Shown here: one piece after another, positions 11,167-22,100 of the stretch
How positions within the stretch are numbered: position 1 is the stretch's first letter
Layout: each line of letters begins with the position of its first letter
Assembly: GCF_000014265.1 (NCBI RefSeq)
Contig: NC_008312.1
Coordinates: 1,590,001 to 1,622,000 of the forward strand
Direction of reading: 5' to 3'
From: Trichodesmium erythraeum IMS101
GTDB taxonomy: Bacteria > Cyanobacteriota > Cyanobacteriia > Cyanobacteriales > Microcoleaceae
DNA length: 32,000 nt
Translations under genes and position numbers: made by a program
Notes under the pieces: generated by a model
What the model was told of the DNA's origin: nothing
Databases searched by the model: none
What the model saw: the letters and a program-made list of their open reading frames with translations, nothing else

Positions 11167-11847
11167 ATGACATACAAACACAGTAAATTTACAAAAATTA
11201 GAATGGGTAATCAGCTAAATAAAATTTTGACTATTGTAATAGTTACCTGTACAAGTTTAATTTTTTTCAGCACTACAGAATTAGCAATGGCTCACCATCC
11301 AATGGGGGGTAAAATACCAGCTAATTTTTGGGAAGGTTTAATTTCTGGTATGGGACATCCAATTATTGGCATAGATCATTTGTCTTTTGTCGTTGGAGTT
11401 GGATTAATTGCAGCAGGAATGTCTAACTCTATATTAGTTTTAGTATCTTTTCTGGCTACAGCAATGCTAGGAACAGGTATTCATCTTCTTAGCATTGATT
11501 TACCTTTGACAGAAATAGCGATCGCTATTTCTGTGGTTGCTTTGGGTGCAATGTTAGCTTTCAAACAAAAACTAAATACTCCTTTAGTGATTATCTTTGC
11601 TGCTATTTCTGGTATATTTCATGGTTATGCTTATGGAGAAGCAATTATTGGTTCAGAAATGACTCCATTATTAGCATATTTGATAGGTTTTACTGCAATG
11701 CAATTATTCATAGCATTATTTGCAATGAAGTCTGCTGAATTAGTTAGTAGTTATTGGCAAAACCAATTTTTTAGATTAATGAGTTTTTTAGGTTTATTTA
11801 TAAGTACTATTGGACTGGTGTTTTTCACAAAAGCTATTTTGAATTGA
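11167..11847 (+). CDS. hupE: HupE/UreJ-family Ni/Co transporter
   Basis: 226 aa with a signal-like N-terminus. It carries the AHHPMGG motif, GIDHLSFVVGVGL and FHGYAYGE, all hallmarks of HupE/UreJ. A GAGG SD sits 6-9 nt upstream. Confidence 0.85.
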   Translation: MTYKHSKFTKIRMGNQLNKILTIVIVTCTSLIFFSTTELAMAHHPMGGKIPANFWEGLISGMGHPIIGIDHLSFVVGVGLIAAGMSNSILVLVSFLATAMLGTGIHLLSIDLPLTEIAIAISVVALGAMLAFKQKLNTPLVIIFAAISGIFHGYAYGEAIIGSEMTPLLAYLIGFTAMQLFIALFAMKSAELVSSYWQNQFFRLMSFLGLFISTIGLVFFTKAILN

Positions 11848-12685
11848 TATTATGCATGGTTTTTAAGTTAGTAATGTATATTTTTTTTGCGTTGCGGAAT
11901 AACCATAATACTCTAGAATTTAGTAGATAGAAACAAGTTTTTATATTAAGCTTTTGATAGTTATACTAAATTTAAAAATGGAATCAGTAGTAATCTAAAA
12001 TTAGAATATCGTTAGAAACAATTAAAATTAGGTACATGTTTATTTTTCTTATTTTATATTCCTGATTAAGGTTTGTACTTAATGAAGTTTACTATCTATA
12101 TTTAATTGAATTGTTATGAAGCTATGGTTAATTGTATATACCAAAAGTTATTTGGCAGTTCCAAATAGATAACTCTAAGATAATTTAGGAAAATATATTT
12201 TATTAATCTAATACCTCTTATTAGAAGGATTAGCTGATATATAATTAATATGATTTATAATTATTATTCAAAATTTCAATTCAAGTTTTTTTCTTTAAAT
12301 ACAATAAGAGAATATCTAATATAATTTCTGGGTTAATATTTATTGATATGGTGATTTATCGTTTGTTTGTCAAAGTTTATATGTTTATAAACACTGTTAA
12401 TGCTTATATTTTATTTCCTCTAAATTAAACAATTTATGACTTCACAAATGCATAACCGAATCGACCCAAAGTTTTTAGATATAAAAAAAATAAAGCGTGA
12501 ATTTAAAGATATTTAACTCAAAAATAGTACTGCTAGTTTTTATAATTATAAATAATGCTTAATATTATCAGTAATAAGCTTAAAGCTAATCCCTAAAAAG
12601 TTAACTTTTTGATTTCTTGTTTTTTCTCTCTTTTCTTGACTTATTAATTTTTTCAAATAACTTTCAATAAATTACTAATAAAATT

Positions 12686-13732
12686 ATGAGTGCTAAAATT
12701 CCAGTTACTGTAATTACGGGTTTTCTCGGTAGTGGTAAAACTACGACAATTCGCCATTTATTAAAAAATAATAAAGGTCGTCGCATTGCTGTTTTAGTGA
12801 ATGAATTTGGTGAAGTTGGTATAGATGGAGATTTATTACGTTCTTGTCAAGTTTATGATGAGGAAGGTATTATTAATAATATTGTTGAACTAAATAATGG
12901 TTGTCTTTGCTGTACTGTGCAAGAGGAATTTTTTCCGACTATGCAAGAACTATTAAAACGTCGAGAAAAAATTGATTCTATTTTAATTGAAACTTCTGGG
13001 TTAGCTTTACCAAAACCTTTGGTACAAGCATTTCGTTGGCCTCAAATTAAGACTTCTGCTACGGTGGATGGAGTTGTTACTGTTGTTGATTGTGAAGCTG
13101 TGGCAAATGGTAGTTTGGTTGGAGATATTGATGCTTTGAAAGCTCAACGTCAAGCTGACCCAAATTTGGATCATGAAACCCCTATTGAGGAATTATTTGA
13201 AGATCAGTTAGCTTGTGCTGATCTGGTTTTATTAACTAAGGTTGATATGGTGGATGAAGCTACTTCTGATAAAGTACAAAATTGGTTGAGGGAGCATTTG
13301 CCTAAAACTGTGAAAATAGTTCCTTGTATTGGAGGTGAAATTAATCCAGATTTATTGTTGGGTTTTAATGCTGTAGTTGAAGATAATTTAGATTCTCGTC
13401 CTAGTCACCATGATACTCAAGAAGAACATGAACATGATGATGAAATTAATTCTGTACATTTAATTTTGGATGAAGAGTTTGAACCCCAAGGGTTAGTTGA
13501 AAAGTTGAACGGTTTAGTGACAAATTCTGAAATATATCGGATTAAAGGTTTTGTGGCAGTGCCAAATAAGTCTATGCGTCTGGTTTTGCAGGGGGTGGGT
13601 TCACGCTTTGATTTTTTCTATGACCGTCTCTGGCAAAAACAGGAGACTAGGCAAACTAAGTTAGTTTTAATTGGTCGTTCTCTACAAAGAGAAAAAATTT
13701 ACTCCGAGCTGGTTTCTAATTTCTCTAATTAA
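12686..13732 (+). CDS. cobW: CobW-type G3E GTPase (cobalt chaperone, COG0523)
   Basis: P-loop GFLGSGKTT, metal motif GCLCCTV, NLDHETPIEELFEDQL, His/acidic stretch SHHDTQEEHEHDDE and C-terminal RIKGFVAVPNKSMRLVLQGVGSRF. It is collinear with what I recall of Pseudomonas denitrificans CobW. Confidence 0.8.
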   Translation: MSAKIPVTVITGFLGSGKTTTIRHLLKNNKGRRIAVLVNEFGEVGIDGDLLRSCQVYDEEGIINNIVELNNGCLCCTVQEEFFPTMQELLKRREKIDSILIETSGLALPKPLVQAFRWPQIKTSATVDGVVTVVDCEAVANGSLVGDIDALKAQRQADPNLDHETPIEELFEDQLACADLVLLTKVDMVDEATSDKVQNWLREHLPKTVKIVPCIGGEINPDLLLGFNAVVEDNLDSRPSHHDTQEEHEHDDEINSVHLILDEEFEPQGLVEKLNGLVTNSEIYRIKGFVAVPNKSMRLVLQGVGSRFDFFYDRLWQKQETRQTKLVLIGRSLQREKIYSELVSNFSN

Positions 13733-14209
13733 ATGAAATGTTTTCTATTCTTTTTTTGGAGAGATTGGATATTTCATATTAGTGATTTTTTTCTATTTTA
13801 ACTTTTTTTTGTTGAATAAAAAATCTAGTTTATAGGAAAATAAATACTACTATATTAATAGTACCATAGAGGATTTCGCTTACATAGTCAAATCCTCTGA
13901 TTATGAAAATATTAAAGCTTTACAAAATAAATATTTCTAACCCTCCTCAACTGTTCTGATCATTATTTATATAGAGTTAAGGCCACCATATTTTTATGGA
14001 TTAACTACAAGATTTAGTAATGATTATTTTCTCTGGTTTTCTTGGGGCGATCGCTTGTTTTTTTATAGTTATTTTAATTTGGATTGAGACAAGTTTTTTC
14101 TTACTATAATTAAGTTTCAGTAGAAAAAGTTTTCCATTCTTATTTGTAACGACTAGAATTTTTACTGTTGAATAAAAAGTCTAGTATATGGTCAGGTAAA
14201 TCTAAAATA

Positions 14210-14238
14210 ATAATATCACAATTAGCTTGAGAATGCTA
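14210..14238 (-). promoter_or_regulatory. Sigma70-type promoter of the dispersed promoter/box module (orphan copy)
   Basis: On the minus strand: TAGCAT, a 17-nt spacer, then TGaTATTAT (extended -10). It is followed at about +20 by the box ACTAGACTTTTTATTCAAC (plus-strand coordinates 14168-14186). It fires toward 13.8 kb, where no ORF exists. Confidence 0.5.
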
Positions 14239-14272
14239 GCTTATTACAAACAGTCAGGAAAAAATATGACTT

Positions 14273-15049
14273 TCAGCGTGTAGCAGTAGAAATAGTTTTT
14301 CCTAGTGACATTAAAGTTCGTTTAAAATTTTCAGCACGACTGCAGAAATCATCACCTTTTCCTAAATCAAATGCCATTCCTTTGACTCCTGATAATAACT
14401 TTAAATAAACTTGACTTTCGGCATCTTGAGTGGCAATAACTAAATAAAATTGTTCTATTCCTGTAGTTTGAATAGCTGTTACCACTTCCTCAATATTTTT
14501 AGTTTTTTTATCTGGAATATGTGGAGGAGCATCTGTTACTAAAACAATAGCTTTATTACTTTCTAAATCAAAGGGTTGAGCCAATGCCAACATGACTGCA
14601 TCTAAACTACTTTCTGGCACATCTCCCCCTCCATAAGCTTTAATTTTAGCAACTTTTTGGCGGAAAAGAATGGGATTATTTGTAAAGACTTTTCTGTCAA
14701 ATTTTAAGAGTTGATGTTCTTCATTAATGAGGCGATCGCGAAATTCTATTAAACCCACTCTAACTCAGACCCCATCTTTTTCGATAGTATCAGCAAATTC
14801 CATGATTGTTTCTTTTATCCCATAAATTTCACCTTGCATACTGCCAGTACAATCTAACACAAACATGATATCTGCTTTGCGTTTTATGTCTAAAGTTTCT
14901 GCTCTTTGCCTCAGAGTTTCAATAAATTTTTCTCGGGAATAACTTTTAACAGTTTTTGCTGCTAGTTTTGTCTCCAATTTTAGACCACACTCATTACAGA
15001 ATTTAGCAGTATCTAAATTTGAGGCTCCACATTTAGGGCAAGCTTTCAT
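14273..15049 (-). pseudogene. Zinc-ribbon + von Willebrand A (vWA) protein interrupted by one in-frame TGA
   Basis: ORFs 14765-15049 and 14273-14758 are in the same frame, separated only by TGA at 14765-14767 (...EKDGV*VRVGLIEFRDR...). The N-terminus has the CPKCG...CNECG zinc ribbon. The MIDAS motif is DCTGS in FVLDCTGSMQG, and a later VLVTDAPPH strand follows. Confidence 0.75.
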
Positions 15050-15056
15050 TGTTTTA

Positions 15057-16238
15057 TTAACTCCTATCTAAAAACACAAACCTTAAAAATACATCTCCCA
15101 CTTTAATCATATTCCCATGTTTAATTTCCACAGGATAATTATCAATCATTTTACCTTTCAACATAGTACCATTTTTACTACCTAAATCTCGGACAAAATA
15201 ATTATTTTCCTTTCTCATAAACTCCAAATGTTGTCTACTAATAGTTGTATCAGCTCCGGCAATATCTACACGACCTAAAATCAGACTACCACTATCATTA
15301 ATATTTACAAAAGTACGAGCTCCTTTGTTATTTCCAGATTCTACTATTAATAAGGGGTATTCAAAATTTAAAGCTATGGGTAACTTGGGATATTCAAGAG
15401 GAATTTCTAAATCACAAATCACGTCTTCTACTGACTGATAACGTTCTTCTGGATTAATCTTCATCATCTGGGATAATACCTGCTCTACTTCTGGGAAAAA
15501 ATCACAGTAAAAATCATTCAAATCTATCCCTATTTTTGGTGTTGGGGTTTGAGTTAAATACTTGATAAAATCTTCTAGTTTATACCAACCGGAATGACGC
15601 CAAAAATTTTCTCCCATGGCTAACTCATAAAGAATATGACCGAGAGAATAAATATCACTTTTAGCATCGGCAACTTTGGCTCCTTCTATCAAAAATTCTG
15701 GAGCCATATAGGGAGGTGTATCTATTATTTCTTTGCTCATGGTAATATTTTGATCTTTAAATTTGGCAACTCCAAAGTCGATAATTTTTGTTTGCATATC
15801 ATTGCTAATAATAATATTTGCTGGTTTTAAGTCTCTGTGAATAATGTTGCATTGATGAGCTGCAGATATACCTAATAATATTTGTTTAAATATTTGTTTT
15901 TTTTGTCGGTTATTGAGGGATTTTTTTTCTAAGAGTTTGTCTAGGCGTTTGCCGGGAAAGTATTCAAATAATATTAGATAGGTATTAGCATCCCATTCTT
16001 TTAGACCTAATAAGGGGATGATGTTTTCTGAGGGGATGTTAACTGCTGCTTCTAAACGAATTCTTTCTACTAAGGTTTCTTCTGGTTTAATTCCTTGAAT
16101 TACTTTTAAAATATAGTTTTTTTTGTGGCTATGGTCTATTGCTTTCCAAGCGGAACCAAAAGTACCTGTTCCTAGAAGTTCTAATAATTCAATTTCGCCT
16201 ATTTTATTAATATTGATAGGAATTTTTCCACCTACCAT
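15057..16238 (-). CDS. Ser/Thr protein kinase with C-terminal FHA domain
   Basis: G-loop GTGTFGSAWKA, HRDLKPANI, IDFGVAK and PPYMAPE. The C-terminal FHA signature is LILGR...ISRQHLEF...FVRDLGSKNGT. The ORF is intact at 393 aa. Confidence 0.9.
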   Translation of the reverse strand: MVGGKIPININKIGEIELLELLGTGTFGSAWKAIDHSHKKNYILKVIQGIKPEETLVERIRLEAAVNIPSENIIPLLGLKEWDANTYLILFEYFPGKRLDKLLEKKSLNNRQKKQIFKQILLGISAAHQCNIIHRDLKPANIIISNDMQTKIIDFGVAKFKDQNITMSKEIIDTPPYMAPEFLIEGAKVADAKSDIYSLGHILYELAMGENFWRHSGWYKLEDFIKYLTQTPTPKIGIDLNDFYCDFFPEVEQVLSQMMKINPEERYQSVEDVICDLEIPLEYPKLPIALNFEYPLLIVESGNNKGARTFVNINDSGSLILGRVDIAGADTTISRQHLEFMRKENNYFVRDLGSKNGTMLKGKMIDNYPVEIKHGNMIKVGDVFLRFVFLDRS

Positions 16239-16242
16239 TAAT

Positions 16243-17400
16243 TCTAAAGTTTTTGAAATTTTAGGTTATCAGTTTTTCAGTTATCAGTTTTCCAATTATC
16301 AGTTTTTTGATTTATTAGTATTAGTACCTCCAGTTAAAACTTCAGTTCAGAGTTTTTTTCAGTTATAAGTTTTTTCAGTTATCAGCTTTTTTAGTTATTA
16401 GCTATTAGTATCTCAAATTCAAGCTTCAATTATCAGCTTTTTCATTTCTTAGCTTTTTCATTTCTTAGCTTTTTCAGTTATCAGCTTTTTCAGTTATCAG
16501 CTTTTTGATTTATTAGCTATTAGTACCTCCGATCCAAGCTTTAATTATCAGTTTTTTTCAGTTCTTAGTTTTTTCAGTTATCATTTATCAGTTATCAATT
16601 ATCAGTTTTTTCAGTTATCAGCTTTTTGATTTATTAGCTATTAGTACCTCCGATCCAAGCTTTAATTATCAGTTTTTTTCAGTTATTATTTATCAGTTAT
16701 CATTTATCAGTTATCATTTATCAGTTTTTTCAGTTATCAGCTTTTTGATTTATTAGCTATTAGTACCTCCAGTTCAAGCTTCAGTTATCAACTTTTTTAG
16801 TTGTGAGCTATTAGTACCTTCAGTTCAAGCTTTAATTATCAGTTTTTTTTCAGTTATTAACTTTTTCAGTTATCAGCTTTTTCAGTTATCAGCTTTTTTA
16901 GTTGTTAGCTATTACTACCTCCATTTCAAGCTTTAATCATCAGTTTTTTTTCAGTTATCAGCTTTTTCAGTTATCAGCTTTTTGATTTATTAGTTATGAG
17001 TACCTTCAGTTAAAGCTTCAATTATCAGCTTTTTCAGTTCTTATATTTTTCAGTTCTTAGCCTTTTTAGTCATCAACTTTTTCAGTCATCAGCTTTTTTA
17101 GTTATTAGTTATTAGCACCTCCAGTTAAAGCTTCATTTATAACTCAGTTATTAACCTTTTTTTACTTATAATCTTTTTTAGTTATTAGCTATTAGTAACT
17201 TCAGTTTAAGCTTCAATCATCAGCTTTTTTTAGCTATTAAATTTTTCAATTATTGGCTTTTTTAGTTATCAGTTTTTCAAGGGTTAACTTTTTTAGTTAT
17301 TAGTGATTAGTCTTTCCACTTAAAACTTTAGTTATTAGTTACTAGGTAAGGATTCAGGTATACAAAATAGGTAAGTATTCAGTTATTAGCTTTTTTTAGT
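16243..17400. repeat. Nested tandem-repeat array B (STRR-like) between the PP2C and kinase genes
   Basis: About 10 units of roughly 90-125 bp share the core TTAGCTATTAGTACCTCC..CAAGCTT. They are padded by 16-mers (TTTTTCAGTTATCAGC) and heptamers (TTATCAG/TTATCAT). For example, 16492-16611 and 16612-16731 look nearly identical. Confidence 0.85.
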
Positions 17401-17554
17401 GAGTAGCTGGGGTATTGAAAAATTATTGATTGGTCAAATTATTAATTGAGAGAGAATTAAAATTTACTGTCAAACTACACTGCTTTAACTTTAGAAGTAA
17501 TTATTCTCTATTAATTCCTAATCACTCAGTTCTTGCCTAAAAAAATATGTTTGT

Positions 17555-18409
17555 TTACCATTTTTTTATTGATTGAATTACTGTTTCATTATCTGCACTT
17601 TTTCCAAGATGACGCCATACAATTAAAGTCTGATTATCCGTTTCCCCCCCCTTGCTGAGATTGACTAATTAATTTCTTAGAGATTTTTTTTAAATCTCCT
17701 TCTGATAGGATATCTTTTAATTCTTTTTCCTGGAAATTACTACTCACTCCATCACTACATAATAATAGTAAATCTTCTGCATAAAGCGAAACATAATGTA
17801 TGGGTAAATCTGGTGGTAAATTATCACACCCTAAATAAAATTCTAACATATTCTTTCCCTCGTGGTGAGCTGCCATTTCTGAGATAATTATTCCTCCTCG
17901 TCTTATGGCACTTGCTAATGTGTGGTTGTCGGTAATTTGTCTGATTTTTTGACCATAATTTTGATGAGAATAATGATAGATTAGGCTGTCTCCTAAGTTG
18001 GAAATAATTGCTATTGCTTCGGAGATTAAGGCAACTGCTAATGTGGCTCCAGATTTATCCCAACTATTGTTTTTTATTATTCTTTTTATATGAGCGTTTG
18101 TTTCGGCGATCGCTTCTTTTATGGCTATAGTTAATGTTTCTATAGTTGGGAGTTTTTTGCTTTTTTCTTGGTTGTTAATACTGGGTTCAAATACTAAGGT
18201 TTCAAATAGGCTGAGGCTGATCTTTTTAGGACTTCTCTACTGATTTCTTCTCCATGTTCGTAACCTCCTATTCCATCTGATATTGCTAATAATGTTAATG
18301 GGCTTTGCTTTGGGTTTGGGGTGAGTTGGCAGATGATGAAGCTGTCTTCGTTTTTCGGTCGTTTGTTAGTTTCGCTACGACTTACATATTCAATGTTTGT
18401 TGTTTTCAT
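17555..18409 (-). pseudogene. PP2C-family Ser/Thr phosphatase with two frameshifts
   Basis: Three collinear frames. (1) MKTTN...NEDSFII...LLAISDGIGGYEHGEE (18409-18194). (2) ...GATLAVALI...NLGDSLIY...ITDNHT...LLLCSDGV... (to 17634). (3) DNQTLIVWRH...KKW* (to 17555). The shifts lie near 18195-18210 and at the C8/G8 run 17644-17651. Confidence 0.8.
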
Positions 18410-19153
18410 TTTTGGCTCTTGGGATTAAAATTAGATAATTTTATAGTTTTTGCTTTTTGGTTTTAATATTTTAAATTTTACGGTTTTTCTGCCGTTGTTA
18501 AATTGGCAAATTTTTCTGAGTTGCTGAATGAGGTTTCAATGTTTTTGGCGCTTTTTTGAGATTTTGTGATATCCTATACATAGGATATAATTTTCTACGC
18601 TTATACTTTAATTCATTTTTATGGCTTTTAATTCTTATTCTGCCGTTGTCTTGGTTTGTTTTTTTCTGATTCTTCTTTGCTCAAAATGACTAATTTTTCT
18701 CTGGTGGTTTTGGCGGTTTTGACAAATTATTTTTTGTGTGATAAGAAAACGGAATTTTTTTGATTTTTAGCAGTGGTTTTATGTTGAATAAAAAGTCTAG
18801 TGCGTAGGCGATATAACCTAAATAACATGATAATACCAAAATTTTCTTCGGGATGCAACCCTGATTTTTTGGTCGGCGCCAGTTTTTTGAGCTCCAGAAA
18901 ATGAGGATAAAAATATACCCTAGTTCAATTAGTGTTGATAAGAGCAAAAGCAACTACTGCTTTTATCATTCTTCCAGGAATTGAAAAGAATCAAACAACC
19001 TTTCGGCAAACCCACTCAGCTGTCTAACTCTGGTTGATTTTCGGAAGCTTGATTAAAAACTCAGGAACTGAGTGGATTCTTCCACACTCTTGATAAATTC
19101 CCATTTACCAGTCTATTATTCTGCCGGATTCTTTTTTTCTCTGATTCTTCTTT
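18263..19153. repeat. Left arm of a 0.89-kb inverted repeat (PP2C codons 1-49 + about 410-nt leader + promoter module)
   Basis: The reverse complement of 18263-19153 matches 27165-28054, with only scattered single-base differences in the stretches I compared by eye. Confidence 0.85.
18830..18858 (-). promoter_or_regulatory. Predicted promoter of the PP2C-kinase-vWA operon (module copy)
   Basis: On the minus strand: TTGCAT (18858-18853), a 17-nt spacer, then TGgTATTAT (-10 at 18835-18830). The box ACTAGACTTTTTATTCAAC is the reverse complement of 18783-18801. The leader to the PP2C ATG (18409) is about 410 nt. Confidence 0.55.
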
Positions 19154-19154
19154 A

Positions 19155-22100
19155 GAAAATTTGAGTAGAGTTATCCATATTTATGAAATTTTTAGCAGAA
19201 GACCAACACCATAATTTAAATTTGAAGACCTCAAAAGTTTCCCATTATAATCACCTACTTATTTCTTGAAATTTTTAATTCTAGACTTGGAATTTTGAAC
19301 TTTGAATTTTTGAATTTTTGAATTTTAAATTTTGAATGTAGGATTTTTTTCCTTTTCCCTTTTCCCTCTTTCCTTTTTTCCTTAAACTTCATAAAATTTG
19401 AGTAGAGTTATCCATATTTATCAAACTTTTAGCAGAAAACCAACACCATAATTTAAATTTGAAGACCTCAAAAGTTTCCCATTGTCATCACCTACTTATT
19501 TCTTGAAATTTTTAATTCTAGACTTGGAATTTTGAACTTTGAATTTTTGAATTTTTGAATTTTAAATTTTGAATGTAGGATTTTTTTTCCTTTTCCCTTT
19601 TCCCTCTTTCCTTTTTTCCTTAAACTTCAGAAAATTTGAGTAGAGTTATCCATATTTATCAAACTTTTAGCAGAAAACCAACACCATAATTTAAATTTGA
19701 AGACCTCAAAAGTTTCCCATTATCATCACCTACTTATTTCTTGAAATTTTTAATTCTAGACTTGGAATTTTGAACTTTGAATTTTTGAATTTTTGAATTT
19801 TAAATTTTGAATGTAGGATTTTTTTCCTTTTCCCTTTTCCCTCTTTCCTTTTTTCCTTAAACTTCAGAAAATTTGAGTAGAGTTATCCATATTTATGAAA
19901 TTTTTAGCAGAAGACCAACACCATAATTTAAATTTGAAGAGCTCAAAAGTTTCCCATTATAATCACCTACTTATTTCTTGAAATTTTTAATTCTAGACTT
20001 GGAATTTTGAACTTTGAATTTTTGAATTTTTGAATTTTAAATTTTGAATGTAGGATTTTTTTCCTTTTCCCTTTTCCCTCTTTCCTTTTTTCCTTAAACT
20101 TCAGAAAATTTGAGTAGAGTTATCGATATTTATCAAACTTTTAGCAGAAAACCAACACCATAATTTAAATTTGAAGACCTCAAAAGTTTCCCATTATCAT
20201 CACCTACTTATTTCTTGAAATTTTTAATTCTAGATTTGGAATTTTGAACTTTGAATTTGGAATTTTAAATTTTGAATGTAGGATTTTTTTCCTTTTCCCT
20301 TTTCCCTCTTTCCTTTTTTCCTTAAACTTCATAAAATTTGAGTATAGTTATCCATATTTATCACACTTTTAGCAGAAAACCGACACCATAATTTGAATTT
20401 TAAGAACTCAAAAGTTTCCCATTATCATCACCTACTTATTTCTTGAAATTTTTAATTCTAGACTTGGAATTTTGAACTTTGAATTTTTGAATTTTAAATT
20501 TTTGAATTTGGAATTTTAAATTTTGAATGTTGGATTTTTTTCCTTTTCCCTTTTCCCTCTTTCCTTTTTTCCTTAAACTTCAGAAAATTTGAGTATAGTT
20601 ATCCATATTTATCACACTTTTAGCAGAAAACCGACACCATAATTTGAATTTGAAGAACTCAAAAGTTTCCCATTATCATCACCTACTTATTTCTTGAAAT
20701 TTTTAATTCTAGACTTGGAATTTTGAACTTTGAATTTTTGAATTGTAAATTTTTGAATTTGGAATTTTAAATTTTGAATGTAGGATTTTTTTCCTTTTCC
20801 CTTTTCCCTCTTTCCTTTTTTCCTTAAACTTCAGAAAATTTGAGTAGAGTTATCCATATTTATGAAATTTTTAGCAGAAAACCGAAACCATAACTTAAAT
20901 TAGAAGACCTCAAAAGTTTCCCATTATCATCACCTACTTATTTCTTGAAATTTTTAATTCTAGATTTGGAATTTTGAACTTTGAATTTGGAATTTTAAAT
21001 TTTGAATGTAGGATTTTTTTCCTTTTCCCTTTTCCCTCTTTCCTTTTTTCCTTAAACTTCAGAAAATTTGAGTAGAGTTATCCATATTTATGAAATTTTT
21101 AGCAGAAGACCAACACCATAATTTAAATTTGAAGAGCTCAAAAGTTTCCCATTATCATCACCTACTTATTTCTTGAAATTTTTAATTCTAGATTTGGAAT
21201 TTTGAACTTTGAATTTGGAATTTTAAATTTTGAATGTAGGATTTTTTTCCTTTTCCCTTTTCCCTCTTTCCTTTTTTCCTTAAACTTCAGAAAATTTGAG
21301 TAGAGTTATCCATATTTATGAAATTTTTAGCAGAAAACCGAAACCATAACTTAAATTAGAAGACCTCAAAAGTTTCCCATTATCATCACCTACTTATTTC
21401 TTGAAATTTTTAATTCTAGACTTGGAATTTTGAACTTTGAATTTTTGAATTTTTGAATTTTAAATTTTGAATGTTGGATTTTTTTCCTTTTCCCTTTTCC
21501 CTCTTTCCTTTTTTCCTTAAACTTCAGAAAATTTGAGTATAGTTATCCATATTTATCACACTTTTAGCAGAAAACCGACACCATAATTTGAATTTGAAGA
21601 ACTCAAAAGTTTCCCATTATCATCACCTACTTATTTCTTGAAATTTTTAATTCTAGACTTGGAATTTTGAACTTTGAATTTTTGAATTGTAAATTTTTGA
21701 ATTTGGAATTTTAAATTTTGAATGTAGGATTTTTTTCCTTTTCCCTTTTCCCTCTTTCCTTTTTTCCTTAAACTTCAGAAAATTTGAGTAGAGTTATCCA
21801 TATTTATGAAATTTTTAGCAGAAAACCGAAACCATAACTTAAATTAGAAGACCTCAAAAGTTTCCCATTATCATCACCTACTTATTTCTTGAAATTTTTA
21901 ATTCTAGATTTGGAATTTTGAACTTTGAATTTGGAATTTTAAATTTTGAATGTAGGATTTTTTTCCTTTTCCCTTTTCCCTCTTTCCTTTTTTCCTTAAA
22001 CTTCAGAAAATTTGAGTAGAGTTATCCATATTTATGAAATTTTTAGCAGAAGACCAACACCATAATTTAAATTTGAAGAGCTCAAAAGTTTCCCATTATC

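Noticed and set aside
12553-12580. Possible Zur box upstream of the COG0523 gene (TGATAATATTAAGCA on the minus strand).
   Set aside because: Only one half-site matches the TGATAAT.ATTATCA-type palindrome. Such matches are expected by chance in this AT-rich region, and the protein looks like true CobW, not a Zn-type COG0523.
14765-14767. Whether the in-frame TGA/TAA codons (14765, 23021, 25467, 25679) indicate selenocysteine or an alternative genetic code.
   Set aside because: Both TGA and TAA are involved, and intact neighbouring genes terminate normally on these codons. The paralog shows CGA at the 23021 site (a simple C->T), and I see no SECIS-like hairpin. Ordinary nonsense mutations are the simpler explanation.
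18690-18953. 87-aa ORF at 18690-18953, with related ORFs 27332-27517 and 27889-28077.
   Set aside because: They span the predicted promoter, box and leader, or lie antisense to the PP2C stub. The duplicated copies differ by frame-breaking indels and are low-complexity, with no SD.
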